Notes: generated by a model not told the origin, from the letters alone. A stretch of DNA of 64,000 bases from an uncultured Bacteroides sp. (GCA_963677095.1 OY781875.1:1189586-1253585), one strand, 5' to 3'. Positions 1-10,336 are shown, numbered from the stretch's first letter. Made by a program: numbers and translations.

Positions 1-136
1 AACTTCTACCGAAACAATACCCGAACGGACAAAAAACAGTATCTTAGCACAGTACTATCTTTGTGGAAAAAAGATCTTTTCCCAGTTAGAAAAAAGAATC
101 CTTTTTACGTGATTTTATATTTAGTTGAATTGCTTT

Positions 137-655
137 ATGGAAAAATTAATTAGAAAGATTGGTTTGGTAGCGCATGACGCTATGAAAAAAGATCTGATTG
201 AGTGGGTTCTCTGGAACTCCGAACGTTTAATCGGGCACAAATTTTATTGCACGGGTACTACGGGTACTTTAATTCTTGCTGCGCTCAAAGAGAAACATCC
301 CGATGTGGACTGGGATATTACTATTTTAAAATCTGGTCCGTTGGGTGGTGATCAACAGATGGGTTCCCGTATTGTGGAAGGAGAGATTGATTATCTTTTC
401 TTTTTTACCGATCCTATGACTTTGCAACCTCATGATACCGATGTAAAGGCATTGACTCGTTTGGCAGGTGTGGAAAATATAGTGTTTTGCTGTAATCGCA
501 GTACGGCAGATCATATTATATCGAGTCCTCTCTTTAACGATCCGGAATATGTTCGCACCCATCCTGATTATACTTCATATACAAAACGCTTTGAAAATAA
601 ACCGGTTGTAGCTGAAGCTGTGGAATCTGCAAAGAAGCGGCAGGTTAAGAAGTAA
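137..655 (+). CDS. mgsA: Methylglyoxal synthase
   Basis: Motifs IGLVAHD, TGTTG, SGPLGGDQQ and PHDTDVKAL. ATG at 137 preferred over the TTG at 125. Confidence 0.95.
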   Translation: MEKLIRKIGLVAHDAMKKDLIEWVLWNSERLIGHKFYCTGTTGTLILAALKEKHPDVDWDITILKSGPLGGDQQMGSRIVEGEIDYLFFFTDPMTLQPHDTDVKALTRLAGVENIVFCCNRSTADHIISSPLFNDPEYVRTHPDYTSYTKRFENKPVVAEAVESAKKRQVKK

Positions 656-675
656 TTCGGATATTCTCATTCGAA

Positions 676-776
676 AAGGAGCTACTTCAAAAGTTCAAGA
701 TTACAATTTTACCCTTGCTACAATACATTTTAGCAGGGGTAATTTGCTTAAGAATTGTCTCCTGAGACAACCTCTT
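676..776 (+). repeat. ~100-bp MITE/REP-like element, copy 1, with internal 12-bp hairpin
   Basis: Core 707-769 matches the reverse complement of 47838-47900 at 57/63 nt. Hairpin TTACCCTTGCTA (709-720) / TAGCAGGGGTAA (731-742). Confidence 0.85.
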
Positions 777-911
777 TTTTATTATATCATTCCGCATTCC
801 GATGTTGTCCGGCAGGTCATATCTCTTGCTCAGAGCGTATATCATGCAGCTTTTTATGTCTCTTGGGTACTTTTTTAATCTTATCTCTATTCTATTTCAC
901 AGACTTATCGC

Positions 912-919
912 TACCTTTG
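912..919 (+). promoter_or_regulatory. Bacteroidetes -7 promoter box for the SLT gene
   Basis: TACCTTTG fits TAnnTTTG, about 22 nt before the ATG at 942. Confidence 0.55.
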
Positions 920-941
920 CCCCGGTTAAAATACGGTAATC

Positions 942-1724
942 ATGAAACGCTGTTTCATTGTCTCTTTGCTTCTTCTTATAGGTGTTTTGAAGCTTAACTT
1001 ACTCTTTGCTCAAGATCCCGATCCGTTACCTTCTCCTGCTTCACCGGAAAAGGCTAAAGTTTACCATATTCCCGAGGTAGATTCTGTCCCTGTAGGGTAT
1101 TCATTGAATGATGAAAATATTCTGGACTTCTGTGGGCAACTTATTGATTTGAATATCCATGAGAGAAGGCGGAAGCTGGGGCGTGAATTGGCAGTACTCT
1201 CACGTTATTCGTCCAAATTGGTGCAACGTGCCAATTTTTACTTTCCTATGGTTGAACCTATTCTTTACAGAAATGGCATTCCCGATGACTTTAAATACCT
1301 GATGGTGATAGAAAGTGGATTGGATCCTTATGCTTGCTCAGGAAAAGGCGCTGCCGGATTATGGCAATTCATGAAAGGAACTGCCGGTGATTACGGTCTG
1401 AATGTTACAGATGGTGTTGACGAACGTTTCCACATAGAGAAAGCAACTCAGGCTGCTTGCCAATATTTGAAGAATGCTTACAGACGTTTCGGTAATTGGG
1501 TTGCTGTAGCCCAATCGTATAATATCGGCCCTGAGCGTGTAGCGACAGAGATGGCCCGTCAAAAGGTGGACGATCCGCTTGAACTTCGCTTGGTTGAGGA
1601 AACCAATCGCTACACTTACCGTATCTTTGCTGCCAAGATCATATTTACTCATCCTAAGAATTTTGGTATTGATGAGAATCTTCTTTATTATAAGAAGATA
1701 AGAGGTTATTCCCGCTATCGATGA
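942..1724 (+). CDS. Lytic transglycosylase, SLT domain (MltD-like, no LysM), with signal peptide
   Basis: Motifs YLMVIESG, AAGLWQFM, DERFH and QSYNIG. Hydrophobic N-terminus. Confidence 0.88.
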   Translation: MKRCFIVSLLLLIGVLKLNLLFAQDPDPLPSPASPEKAKVYHIPEVDSVPVGYSLNDENILDFCGQLIDLNIHERRRKLGRELAVLSRYSSKLVQRANFYFPMVEPILYRNGIPDDFKYLMVIESGLDPYACSGKGAAGLWQFMKGTAGDYGLNVTDGVDERFHIEKATQAACQYLKNAYRRFGNWVAVAQSYNIGPERVATEMARQKVDDPLELRLVEETNRYTYRIFAAKIIFTHPKNFGIDENLLYYKKIRGYSRYR

Positions 1725-1849
1725 AGTAAGTATATTATTCCGTTTGTGCCATCCTTTTGGCACAAGTATAACTTTTTGGGTTAAACGGAGATAGAGTAAG
1801 AGACTTTACCTTTAGGAAGGGGGGATTCTTCTTCAGCCCTATGAGAGAA

Positions 1850-2218
1850 TTAAAGTTCATTACGTTCACAATGGACTTCCACTCCTGCATAATCCAAGTC
1901 TGCCCCCATTGGCGGATTTCGTTTTGCCAGTTTTAATTCAATGGCCTCAATAGCGGGGAATGTGTGAAATAGCTTTTGGCATATCCTTTTACAGACATGT
2001 TCCAACAATTGCGACGGAATTTCCATCTCTTTTTTCACGACTTCATAAATGTCTGCATAACTGACCGTATCCGTTAATTTATCTGTTTCGGCAGCTTGAC
2101 AAATATCTAATTTCAGTCGCAAATTGATTATGAACTCATTGCCTACTTGGCGCTCTTGTTCACTTACGCCGTGATAAGCGAAGAAATGAACGTTGTCGAG
2201 GAATATATAACTTTTCAT
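1850..2218 (-). CDS. folB: Dihydroneopterin aldolase
   Basis: Motifs FAYHGVSEQE, GNEF, TVSYADIY, LLEHV and KRNPPMG. Confidence 0.95.
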   Translation of the reverse strand: MKSYIFLDNVHFFAYHGVSEQERQVGNEFIINLRLKLDICQAAETDKLTDTVSYADIYEVVKKEMEIPSQLLEHVCKRICQKLFHTFPAIEAIELKLAKRNPPMGADLDYAGVEVHCERNEL

Positions 2219-2334
2219 GACGGGTTGTTGAAATGTTAGTGTGTTGCAAAAGTAAGAATAACCTTGATGTAAAACTCATTTGTAATTGATGTTTTCTGCA
2301 TGAAGGTTATTTTTATTGCGGTTCAGTGCTGTCC

Positions 2335-2416
2335 GAACAGACTATCTAATTGCTTCCAACAGACCATCTGTTGGGACTGAACAGATGGTCTGTTGAGCCT
2401 CAAGTGACTATCTGTT
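2335..2416. repeat. REP-like array of palindromic AACAGA-NNN-TCTGTT units, ~22-bp period, including a perfect 16-bp inverted repeat
   Basis: CAACAGACCATCTGTT (2357-2372), 7-nt spacer, AACAGATGGTCTGTTG (2380-2395). Degenerate units near 2335 and 2402. Confidence 0.75.
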
Positions 2417-2443
2417 TTACAACAACCAATTGTCTCTTTATTT

Positions 2444-5140
2444 TTATCGGCCTGTCTGCTCGATTAAGTTTCTTATTTTAGCATTCAAAGACTCCGCTTT
2501 TATTAATTGCTCCAAACTCAGGTGCATCCGGTAGCGCCAATAGTGCCGTGGATTGGCTGGTACATTTATACGCTCTTCCTGAACATTCGAATTACGCCAC
2601 TCGCCATCTATAGAAAGCCAATCTTGCAACGACAAGATACATAGCATGGAATTACTTTGCAGGTGATTACGGACAATCTCCTCGCAGATGTCCGGTGTGG
2701 CAACAGATGGAGCTGCTCCATAATGCCGGAGTATTGTATTATAATATCGTTGCGTCTGTTGGTGATCTTCTTCCCACCATCCGCGTAGAGTCGACATATC
2801 GTGAGTGGAGATTGTGCAGACGGAACGGTAAGGATACCAATCGGGGTGGCCGAATTCTTGTGACGGATCTTTTGGCATTCGTTGTATTTCCAGACTGAGT
2901 ATGCGAAGATCGTTCATTACCCAAGCCACACATTCCGGTATCATGCCGAGATCTTCTCCACAAACCAACATCCGCGTAGATTGTGTGAGTTGTGGCAATT
3001 TCCTCATAGCCTGTTCGCGCCAGAATTCGTTATGGCGGTGATAGTAATACTGATCGTATAAGCGGTTGAATGCTACTTTTTCTGAATCGTTTAAAGCACG
3101 GTAGATAAAGTCATGCTGTACTCCGATACGTGGATGATATTTGTTCGGATCGGTACGGTCGGGAACGAATAAGACGTCGCTGATCAGCGAATACAAACCG
3201 TTTCGTATCCAAATGCTTGCTTCGTCGGTTTTTCCGGCAAAGTGCGTCTCGACTTTACGCTGTGTATCGAATTCTTCACGCATCCGGTAAATTTCCCAAG
3301 TCTCGGTGGTCTGCAAGAAGTGCTGTTTGACGTAATCGGCATGCGGACCGAATACCTGATTGAGAAAATATTCGTGTATGTATGGTTCTAGAAAGAACTC
3401 TCTGCGGAAAGATAAACCGTAGCTTTCGATTTCTTCGCGAGTCATGGGTAATGAAGGAACAAATTGTCCTAGAAGTCCATGAACTGCGTGAGTTGGTATT
3501 TCCCAAATACGGAAGAAACCTAAGATATGATCAATACGATAGGCATCAAAGTACTCCGACATTTTGCGGAAACGCTTCATCCACCATGCATATCCGTCTT
3601 TCTCCATTACATCCCAGTTATAGGTTGGGAATCCCCAATTCTGACCATTTACCGAGAAATCATCGGGAGGTGCGCCTGCTTGACCATTCAAATTGAAATA
3701 GTGAGGTTCTTTCCATGCTTCTACGCTATTTCTGCTAATCCCAATCGGTATATCCCCCTTTAATACTACGCCGTGTGTGTGTGCATGCTCTCTTACAGCT
3801 AACAGCTGGAGGTGGAGGTGGTATTGAATAAAATAATAAATTGCAATGTGAGGGTAATCCGCAGATCCCGAGCTACACAACTTTTCGATATCTTTGGAGT
3901 TAAATTCTTTATATTTAGGCCATTCGCGAAAATCAGGTGTCTTATAAGCATCTCTGAGGTAGCTGAACACGGCGTAGGGCTGAAGCCACTCTTTATTGTC
4001 GTCAAAGAACCTTTTGAAACCTTCGGATTTCAGTATTCTTTCACCTTCTTGCTTAAAGATTAATCGGAAGTATTCCCATTTGACTTGATTTACAGCTTCA
4101 TAGCCCACTGTAGATAGCACATTTAACTCTTTTTGACGTTTCTCAAACCCAATCATCTGCTCCCGGTCTTCCAGCTGCCCCATCTCTTTTAGATCGGCAT
4201 ACATCGGGTGAAGAGCATAGATTGAGATGCTGCTATAAGGATACGAGTCTGCCCAAGTGTGTGTCATCGTTGTATCGTTAATGGGCAGGATCTGTACCGT
4301 TTTTTGATGAGTTATTACGGCCCAGTCAATCATATGTTTCAAATCGCTGAAGTCACCAACGCCATAGCTTTTCTCCGACCGGAGTGAAAATACAGGGATG
4401 GCTACTCCCGCACCTTTCCAGGCAGGCAGATCAAAGTAGACATATCGGTCACTAAGAGCTAACGTTTCGTTTGCGCCAATTCCCATATCGGCCAGATAAC
4501 GGTTTGGATTATTTTCCCATGCTACAACGCGCTGCTCTTTCTTGCTGTAGAGAACGAACTTGTATTCCATGGGATATTGTATGTCGGAAGCATCAATTTC
4601 TACTTGCCATTCAGGAAAATTGGCATCACTCATGATGACAGCTTTTGTCGTGTCCCAGCTACCCAGTGCTTTTGGGCTACCACAGATACCCAGCGAATGG
4701 TTGTCATCTATATTGGGAGTAAAAGCTTTGATCAGAAAACCTTTCTTGCATGTCTCCGGTGCCTCGGCTTTATGGGGATGTGCAAGCAAAGAATCTGTAA
4801 ATGCCGAAGAATAGAAAAATAATTGTTCAGGAAGATTTCTCCAACAGTCGAGCAGGCGATAGACTTTTTTCTTTACTTTTGACCTGATATAGAGTATTCT
4901 TGGAATGTCATTCCATTCCGTTCGTATGATTTTGTCTGCGTGAAAGACTTGATAACAATATTGTATAGCTCCGTTTTCCGGTGCTTGTACTTCTATATCT
5001 GCACTCCAATGAATACCATCTACTGTATGTAATAGAATAGACTTATCGGGCTGATTCAGACCTAATTCCGGAGTGTTTCCGGATACTTTGAGTTCTTCAC
5101 CCCAATTTGTCCGATATTCAATATGAAAAGATAATATCAT
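2444..5140 (-). CDS. malQ: 4-alpha-glucanotransferase (GH77) with two N-terminal CBM20-like domains
   Basis: Motifs GVAIPVFSLRS, LKGDIPIG, GQNWGFPTY, RIDHILGFFR and GEDLG. Start placed at MILSFHIEY. Confidence 0.95.
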   Translation of the reverse strand: MILSFHIEYRTNWGEELKVSGNTPELGLNQPDKSILLHTVDGIHWSADIEVQAPENGAIQYCYQVFHADKIIRTEWNDIPRILYIRSKVKKKVYRLLDCWRNLPEQLFFYSSAFTDSLLAHPHKAEAPETCKKGFLIKAFTPNIDDNHSLGICGSPKALGSWDTTKAVIMSDANFPEWQVEIDASDIQYPMEYKFVLYSKKEQRVVAWENNPNRYLADMGIGANETLALSDRYVYFDLPAWKGAGVAIPVFSLRSEKSYGVGDFSDLKHMIDWAVITHQKTVQILPINDTTMTHTWADSYPYSSISIYALHPMYADLKEMGQLEDREQMIGFEKRQKELNVLSTVGYEAVNQVKWEYFRLIFKQEGERILKSEGFKRFFDDNKEWLQPYAVFSYLRDAYKTPDFREWPKYKEFNSKDIEKLCSSGSADYPHIAIYYFIQYHLHLQLLAVREHAHTHGVVLKGDIPIGISRNSVEAWKEPHYFNLNGQAGAPPDDFSVNGQNWGFPTYNWDVMEKDGYAWWMKRFRKMSEYFDAYRIDHILGFFRIWEIPTHAVHGLLGQFVPSLPMTREEIESYGLSFRREFFLEPYIHEYFLNQVFGPHADYVKQHFLQTTETWEIYRMREEFDTQRKVETHFAGKTDEASIWIRNGLYSLISDVLFVPDRTDPNKYHPRIGVQHDFIYRALNDSEKVAFNRLYDQYYYHRHNEFWREQAMRKLPQLTQSTRMLVCGEDLGMIPECVAWVMNDLRILSLEIQRMPKDPSQEFGHPDWYPYRSVCTISTHDMSTLRGWWEEDHQQTQRYYNTILRHYGAAPSVATPDICEEIVRNHLQSNSMLCILSLQDWLSIDGEWRNSNVQEERINVPANPRHYWRYRMHLSLEQLIKAESLNAKIRNLIEQTGR

Positions 5141-5336
5141 ATATATTAGATTTAAAAATAGCTGCATTGATTATGCAAGTATAGATATTATTCGACATAA
5201 TCATGCAGCTAGTTTTATTCAAGTATTTGAAAATCCTATGCAAACGTTTGTGTATTCACTAGAGGGACTTTTGCCATACGTTTCGCTATCTGTTTTTCAA
5301 ATGTTCTTTTCTGATAGGTATCGGGCTTTGCAACTC

Positions 5337-7874
5337 TCATCCACAACGTGAAGAACCGCAAGTGGTACAAATAAGACATCCCTCTTGGTAAACCAATGTC
5401 TCATTTCCGCAGTTAGGACATCTTTTGCCTTTTGCTTCCGTGCCGTCGGTGATGTATTTCTTCAAAGCGCGTTCCACACCGTTCTTCCAGGTATTGATAT
5501 TCTCACTGTCGAGTTGCAACGAACCTACCAGCTTAATAACCTGTTCGATAGGCATGCGATATCTTAATACACCGGAAATCAGTTTGGCATAATTCCAGTA
5601 CTCTTTGTTGAACTTTTCCGAAAGTCCCTCAATAGTAACCTTGTAACCCCGCTTGTTTTGGAATTGGAAGTCATATCGCTTGTTGCCATCTTTGTCGATG
5701 TTCTTGATGATATGTCCTGTGGTCACGTTCTTGGGCAATATGATACCTTCGTCGTCATCTTGAAGTCCCGTAAATATTTCGTAGGGATGTCCGTCGAGCA
5801 AACCAACGAATGCCACCCATTTTTCTTTGTTGTTCTGGAAGCGTACTACATCGGCATCCAAAATTGTAGGACGTGTTTCTACAACTGTTGGTGGTTTGCA
5901 CGGAGGTAAATCTTCTTTTTTGTCGCTCTTGGTAGAGACCAAAACACCCGAGCGAGAACCGTCACGATAAACCGTACATCCTTTACAACCGGATTTCCAT
6001 GCCTCTACATATAAGCGATTTACAAGTTCTTCATCTACATCGTTAGGTAGATTGATGGTCACGCTGATAGAATGATCCACCCATTTCTGAATGCGTCCTT
6101 GCATCTTTACTTTCATTAACCAGTCCACATCATTTGATGTCGCTTTATAATAAGGGGACTTTTCTACTAAAGAATCAATCTCTTCTTGTGTATAACGTCT
6201 TGCAGGATTAAAACCTTGCGCCTCCATCCAAGTTACGAATTTGGGATGGAATACAATATATTCTTCAAAAGCATCGCCTGTCTCATCAATAAAGTCCACG
6301 TGTACATTCGTATCGTTTGGATTGACTTTACGTCTGCGTTTATAAACCGGTAAGAAAACAGGTTCTATCCCGGATGTCGTTTGAGTCATCAGACTTGTGG
6401 TCCCGGTGGGAGCAATAGTAAGGCACGCGATATTCCGTCGACCGTATTTTTTCATTTCTTCATACAGTTCAGAATCTGCTTCACGTAGACGATTGATAAA
6501 TGGATTGTTTTTTTCGCGTTCACTGTCATATATGGCAAATGGACCACGTTCTTTTGCCATGATTACAGAAGACCAATAGGCATTTACGGCTATGATTTTG
6601 TGTATGTTTTCAGAGAAATCCGTGGCCTCTTCAGATCCGTAGCGATAACCTAATGCAGCCAGCATATCTCCCTCTGCTGTAATTCCTACGCCAGTACGGC
6701 GTCCTTGTCCGCTTTTCAGGTAAATTTTATCCCACAATCTGCGTTCAGTGGCTTTGATTTCCTCACTTTCGGGGTCAGCATCTATTTTTGCAATAATACG
6801 TTCTATTTTCTCCAGCTCAAGGTCTATAATGTCATCCATGATTCGTTGAGCCAAAGCCACATGCTTGTTGAATAAATCATAATCAAAATAAGCATTCGGT
6901 TTGAACGGATTGACTACATAAGAATATAGGTTAATAGCCAATAATCGACAGGAATCGTATGGGCACAATGGTATCTCACCACAAGGATTAGTCGATACGG
7001 TCTGGTATCCCAAATCAGCATAACAATCAGGCACGGATTCTCTTATAATAGTATCCCAAAATAGGACTCCCGGTTCTGCTGATTTCCATGCATTGTGTAC
7101 GATCTTCCCCCATAAGTTAGTCGCACTGATTTCTTTTTTAGTCGTTGGTTTTTTTGCATGGATAGGATATTGCTGGGTATAAGTTTGTCCCTCAATAGCG
7201 GCCTTCATAAAAGCATCATCCAATTTCACAGAAACATTGGCTCCTGTAATCTTTCCTTCTGTCATCTTTGCATCGATAAAAGCTTCAGAGTCAGGGTGCT
7301 TTATGGATACACTCAGCATCAAGGCACCACGCCGTCCGTCCTGGGCTACTTCACGAGTAGAATTTGAATAGCGTTCCATGAAGGGAACTAAGCCTGTAGA
7401 AGTCAGTGCTGAGTTCTTAACAGGAGATCCTTTCGGACGGATATGTGATAGATCATGTCCCACTCCACCTCTACGTTTCATTAATTGTACTTGCTCTTCG
7501 TCAACTTTGAATATGGCGCCGTATGAATCGGCTTCACCTTCAACTCCAATAACGAAGCAATTTGATAGTGAGGCAATTTGATAGTTGTTCCCAATTCCGG
7601 TCATTGGACTTCCTTGAGGAACAATATACTTGAAGTGATCGAATAACTCGAAAAGTTCTTCCGGACTCAGCGGGTTAGGATATTTACTCTCGATTCTTGC
7701 CACTTCGTTTGCTATTCTCCAATGCATGTCTTTCGGAGACTTTTCATATATATTCCCAAAAGAATCTTTGACGGCGTATTTGTTTACCCAAACACGTGCT
7801 GCCAACTCATCGCCTTTAAAGTATCGTAAGGATTCTTCATAAGCTTCGTTGTAGGAGTAGATTTGTTTTTCCAC
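5337..7874 (-). CDS. nrdJ: Class II (adenosylcobalamin-dependent) ribonucleoside-diphosphate reductase
   Basis: Motifs SLSNCFV, RRGGGVG, TNPCGEIPL and IAPTGTTS. C-terminal CxxC..CxxC ribbon. GTG start. No intein-sized insert. Confidence 0.93.
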   Translation of the reverse strand: MEKQIYSYNEAYEESLRYFKGDELAARVWVNKYAVKDSFGNIYEKSPKDMHWRIANEVARIESKYPNPLSPEELFELFDHFKYIVPQGSPMTGIGNNYQIASLSNCFVIGVEGEADSYGAIFKVDEEQVQLMKRRGGVGHDLSHIRPKGSPVKNSALTSTGLVPFMERYSNSTREVAQDGRRGALMLSVSIKHPDSEAFIDAKMTEGKITGANVSVKLDDAFMKAAIEGQTYTQQYPIHAKKPTTKKEISATNLWGKIVHNAWKSAEPGVLFWDTIIRESVPDCYADLGYQTVSTNPCGEIPLCPYDSCRLLAINLYSYVVNPFKPNAYFDYDLFNKHVALAQRIMDDIIDLELEKIERIIAKIDADPESEEIKATERRLWDKIYLKSGQGRRTGVGITAEGDMLAALGYRYGSEEATDFSENIHKIIAVNAYWSSVIMAKERGPFAIYDSEREKNNPFINRLREADSELYEEMKKYGRRNIACLTIAPTGTTSLMTQTTSGIEPVFLPVYKRRRKVNPNDTNVHVDFIDETGDAFEEYIVFHPKFVTWMEAQGFNPARRYTQEEIDSLVEKSPYYKATSNDVDWLMKVKMQGRIQKWVDHSISVTINLPNDVDEELVNRLYVEAWKSGCKGCTVYRDGSRSGVLVSTKSDKKEDLPPCKPPTVVETRPTILDADVVRFQNNKEKWVAFVGLLDGHPYEIFTGLQDDDEGIILPKNVTTGHIIKNIDKDGNKRYDFQFQNKRGYKVTIEGLSEKFNKEYWNYAKLISGVLRYRMPIEQVIKLVGSLQLDSENINTWKNGVERALKKYITDGTEAKGKRCPNCGNETLVYQEGCLICTTCGSSRCG

Positions 7875-8189
7875 GACGCTAAATATCTAAAATGTTTTGA
7901 TAATGATTTTACTTTGTAGAAGTTTTGCAACCATTATTAATGTAATTGCAAATCTAACAAATGTTTTTTGTTATTTCAAAAAAATGGATATTATATTTTT
8001 GTATAAATAGTGATAGTTTTCTATTTCTATATCTATATTATTAATTATTAGATATTTATGATTTTAATATGGAATGTAAGTTTTCAAAAATAAAAATATA
8101 TAAGTTTCTATCCTATTTACTTTTATATTATTCTAATTTAATTATATATTTTATTTTTTATAAAAGTAATCTTTTTCCTTCTTCTTTTT

Positions 8190-8197
8190 TATATTTG
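8190..8197 (+). promoter_or_regulatory. -7 promoter box for the nitroreductase gene
   Basis: TATATTTG 16 nt before the ATG at 8214, after a very AT-rich tract. Confidence 0.6.
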
Positions 8198-8213
8198 CAG
8201 AAAAAAAGAAGAG

Positions 8214-8948
8214 ATGGATTTCTTAAAAGATAGAAGAACAATTCGTAAGTATCAGCAAAAAGAAATATCGGCTGATTTGTTAAATGATTTGCTAGAATTG
8301 TCATTCCGGGCATCCACTGTTGGCAATATGCAGGTATATAGTGTTATTGTTACGCGCGATGAAGAGAGGAAAGCTAAGTTAGCGCCAGCGCATTACAATC
8401 AGCCTATGGTGAAGGAGGCTTCGGTTGTTTTGACTTTTTGTATTGACTTACGTCGGTTTAGCAAGTGGTGTGAGCAGCGCAAAGCTCTGCCCGGATATAA
8501 TAATTTTGAATGGTTTGTGACTGGATCAGTGGATACTTTATTGGTTGCGCAAACTTTTTGTGTTGCTGCAGAGAGGCAAGGATTAGGAATTTGTTACTTA
8601 GGTACTACTACTTACAATCCTCAAATGATTATTGATGCCTTGGAGTTGCCTGAATTAGTGTTTCCTCTTACTACTGTAACTTTAGGTTGGCCTGCTGAAT
8701 TTCCTGATCAAATTGATCGCTTGCCTCTTGAAGGCCTAATTCATGAAGAGGTATACCATGATTATTCTGCGGAAGACATTAATCGCATTTATGCCTATAA
8801 GGAGTCATTGCCCGAGAATATGAAGTATATTCTGGAAAATAATAAGGAAACCTTGGCTCAAGTCTTTACTGATGTTCGTTATAAGAAAGATGATAATGAA
8901 GCCATGTCAAAACATCTTTGGGAAACATTAAAAAAGCAGGGTTTTTAA
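8214..8948 (+). CDS. NADPH-dependent nitroreductase/flavin reductase (NfrA-like)
   Basis: Motifs [27 protein letters not shown] and TLGWP..DRLP. Confidence 0.9.
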   Translation: MDFLKDRRTIRKYQQKEISADLLNDLLELSFRASTVGNMQVYSVIVTRDEERKAKLAPAHYNQPMVKEASVVLTFCIDLRRFSKWCEQRKALPGYNNFEWFVTGSVDTLLVAQTFCVAAERQGLGICYLGTTTYNPQMIIDALELPELVFPLTTVTLGWPAEFPDQIDRLPLEGLIHEEVYHDYSAEDINRIYAYKESLPENMKYILENNKETLAQVFTDVRYKKDDNEAMSKHLWETLKKQGF

Positions 8949-8968
8949 TTACCCTGCTTTTTTAATGT
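8925..8968. terminator. Bidirectional intrinsic terminator formed by the overlapping 3' ends of the nitroreductase gene and dnaA
   Basis: Perfect 18-bp inverted repeat ACATTAAAAAAGCAGGGT / ACCCTGCTTTTTTAATGT with an 8-nt spacer. Confidence 0.7.
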
Positions 8969-10336
8969 GGTTTGTATATCGTCTATTTCCGCTCGAAATG
9001 CTTTATCCACTTCTTTAAGCTCTTTAATAGTCTTACAAGCGTGCAGAACAGTTGCATGGTCTTTATTTCCGATGAGTAAGCCTATCTTTGCTGTAGAATA
9101 GTCTGTATGGGTTTTAGCTAAGTACATTGCTATCTGGCGTGCTTGAACAACTTCACGTTTTCTAGATTTAGTGTGAATAGCAGATGTTTCTAACGAAAAG
9201 TGTTTGCAAACGACAGCAATTATGTCATCTACAGTGACAGCTTTTCTTTCGCTATTCGATACTTTCTTGACAATGCGCTGCGCCAGATCTAAATCAATTT
9301 CTTTGTTGTAGATTGTGGAGTGAGCCATAATAGATATTACGATACCTTCCAAATCTCGTACACTTTCGCTTACATTCTCAGCAATGTAGTTTATTACTTC
9401 CTCAGGAAATTGCAAACCGTCACGATGGATCTTATTACGAAGTATGTTTCTACGCAACTCTACAGTCGGCTTTTCCAATTCAGCTACCATTCCCCATTTA
9501 AAGCGGGTGATTAAACGTTCTTCCATACCTTGCAAAAGGGCTGGAGAGCGATCAGAAGTGAGTATCAGTTGTTTTCCATTCTGATGCAAATGATTGAATA
9601 TATGAAAGAAAGTATTTTGGGTTTTGGTTACCCCGGCAAATTCTTGTATATCATCTATGATTAATGCATCAATCGATTGGTAGAAGTTAATAAAATCATT
9701 AGTAGTATTATTTCGTACTGAATCAGTGTATTGCACTTGAAATAGGTGCGCTGATACGTAAAGGACTCTTTTATCCGGATAAAGTTCTTTTATTTTAGTG
9801 CCGATAGCATTTGATAAATGTGTCTTGCCAACTCCTGATGCTCCGTAAAAGAATAAGGGGTTAAAAATGGTCTTAGCAGGATTTAAGGCTACCGCTTCGG
9901 CTACGCTACGGGATAACTTGTTGCTGTAGCCTTCGATAAAGGTTTCAAAATTATATTCTGGATTTAGATGAGGATCTAAATCGATTATAGGTGTTTGAGG
10001 AATTTCCTTACCGATGATTTTCTTCTGAGGAATAATCGTGCGTGGGGTAGACTCTAAATTTACTGTGGTGCGTGAACTCTTGTCTACCATGACATTATAC
10101 ATGAGCTTAGTTCCGTCACCGATAACTTTATAAAGCGTTTTCCGAAGCAAGTCTACGAACTTGTCCTCGAGAAACTCATAAAAGAACTGGCTGGGGACTT
10201 GCACCACCAGCGTTTTGTCCTCATATTTTAAAGGCGTAATGGGGAGAAACCAAGTTTTGTATGTCTGCTCGGGAACATTGTCTCTGATAATTTCAAGACA
10301 GCGGTTCCATAGCCCGACATGATTTAATTCACTCAT
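8945..10336 (-). CDS. dnaA: Chromosomal replication initiator DnaA
   Basis: Motifs [19 protein letters not shown] (Walker A), LIIDDIQ (Walker B), RQIAMYL and KDHATVLHA. Confidence 0.98.
   Translation of the reverse strand: MSELNHVGLWNRCLEIIRDNVPEQTYKTWFLPITPLKYEDKTLVVQVPSQFFYEFLEDKFVDLLRKTLYKVIGDGTKLMYNVMVDKSSRTTVNLESTPRTIIPQKKIIGKEIPQTPIIDLDPHLNPEYNFETFIEGYSNKLSRSVAEAVALNPAKTIFNPLFFYGASGVGKTHLSNAIGTKIKELYPDKRVLYVSAHLFQVQYTDSVRNNTTNDFINFYQSIDALIIDDIQEFAGVTKTQNTFFHIFNHLHQNGKQLILTSDRSPALLQGMEERLITRFKWGMVAELEKPTVELRRNILRNKIHRDGLQFPEEVINYIAENVSESVRDLEGIVISIMAHSTIYNKEIDLDLAQRIVKKVSNSERKAVTVDDIIAVVCKHFSLETSAIHTKSRKREVVQARQIAMYLAKTHTDYSTAKIGLLIGNKDHATVLHACKTIKELKEVDKAFRAEIDDIQTTLKKQGN

Noticed and set aside
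7875-8213. Very AT-rich gap near dnaA (13 G/C in 8041-8160) as a candidate oriC/DUE
   Set aside because: I found no TTWTNCACA box cluster or DnaA-trio run here or in 10337-10677. Divergent promoters (TAGATTTG on minus, TATATTTG on plus) explain the composition. A genome-wide GC-skew plot would settle it.
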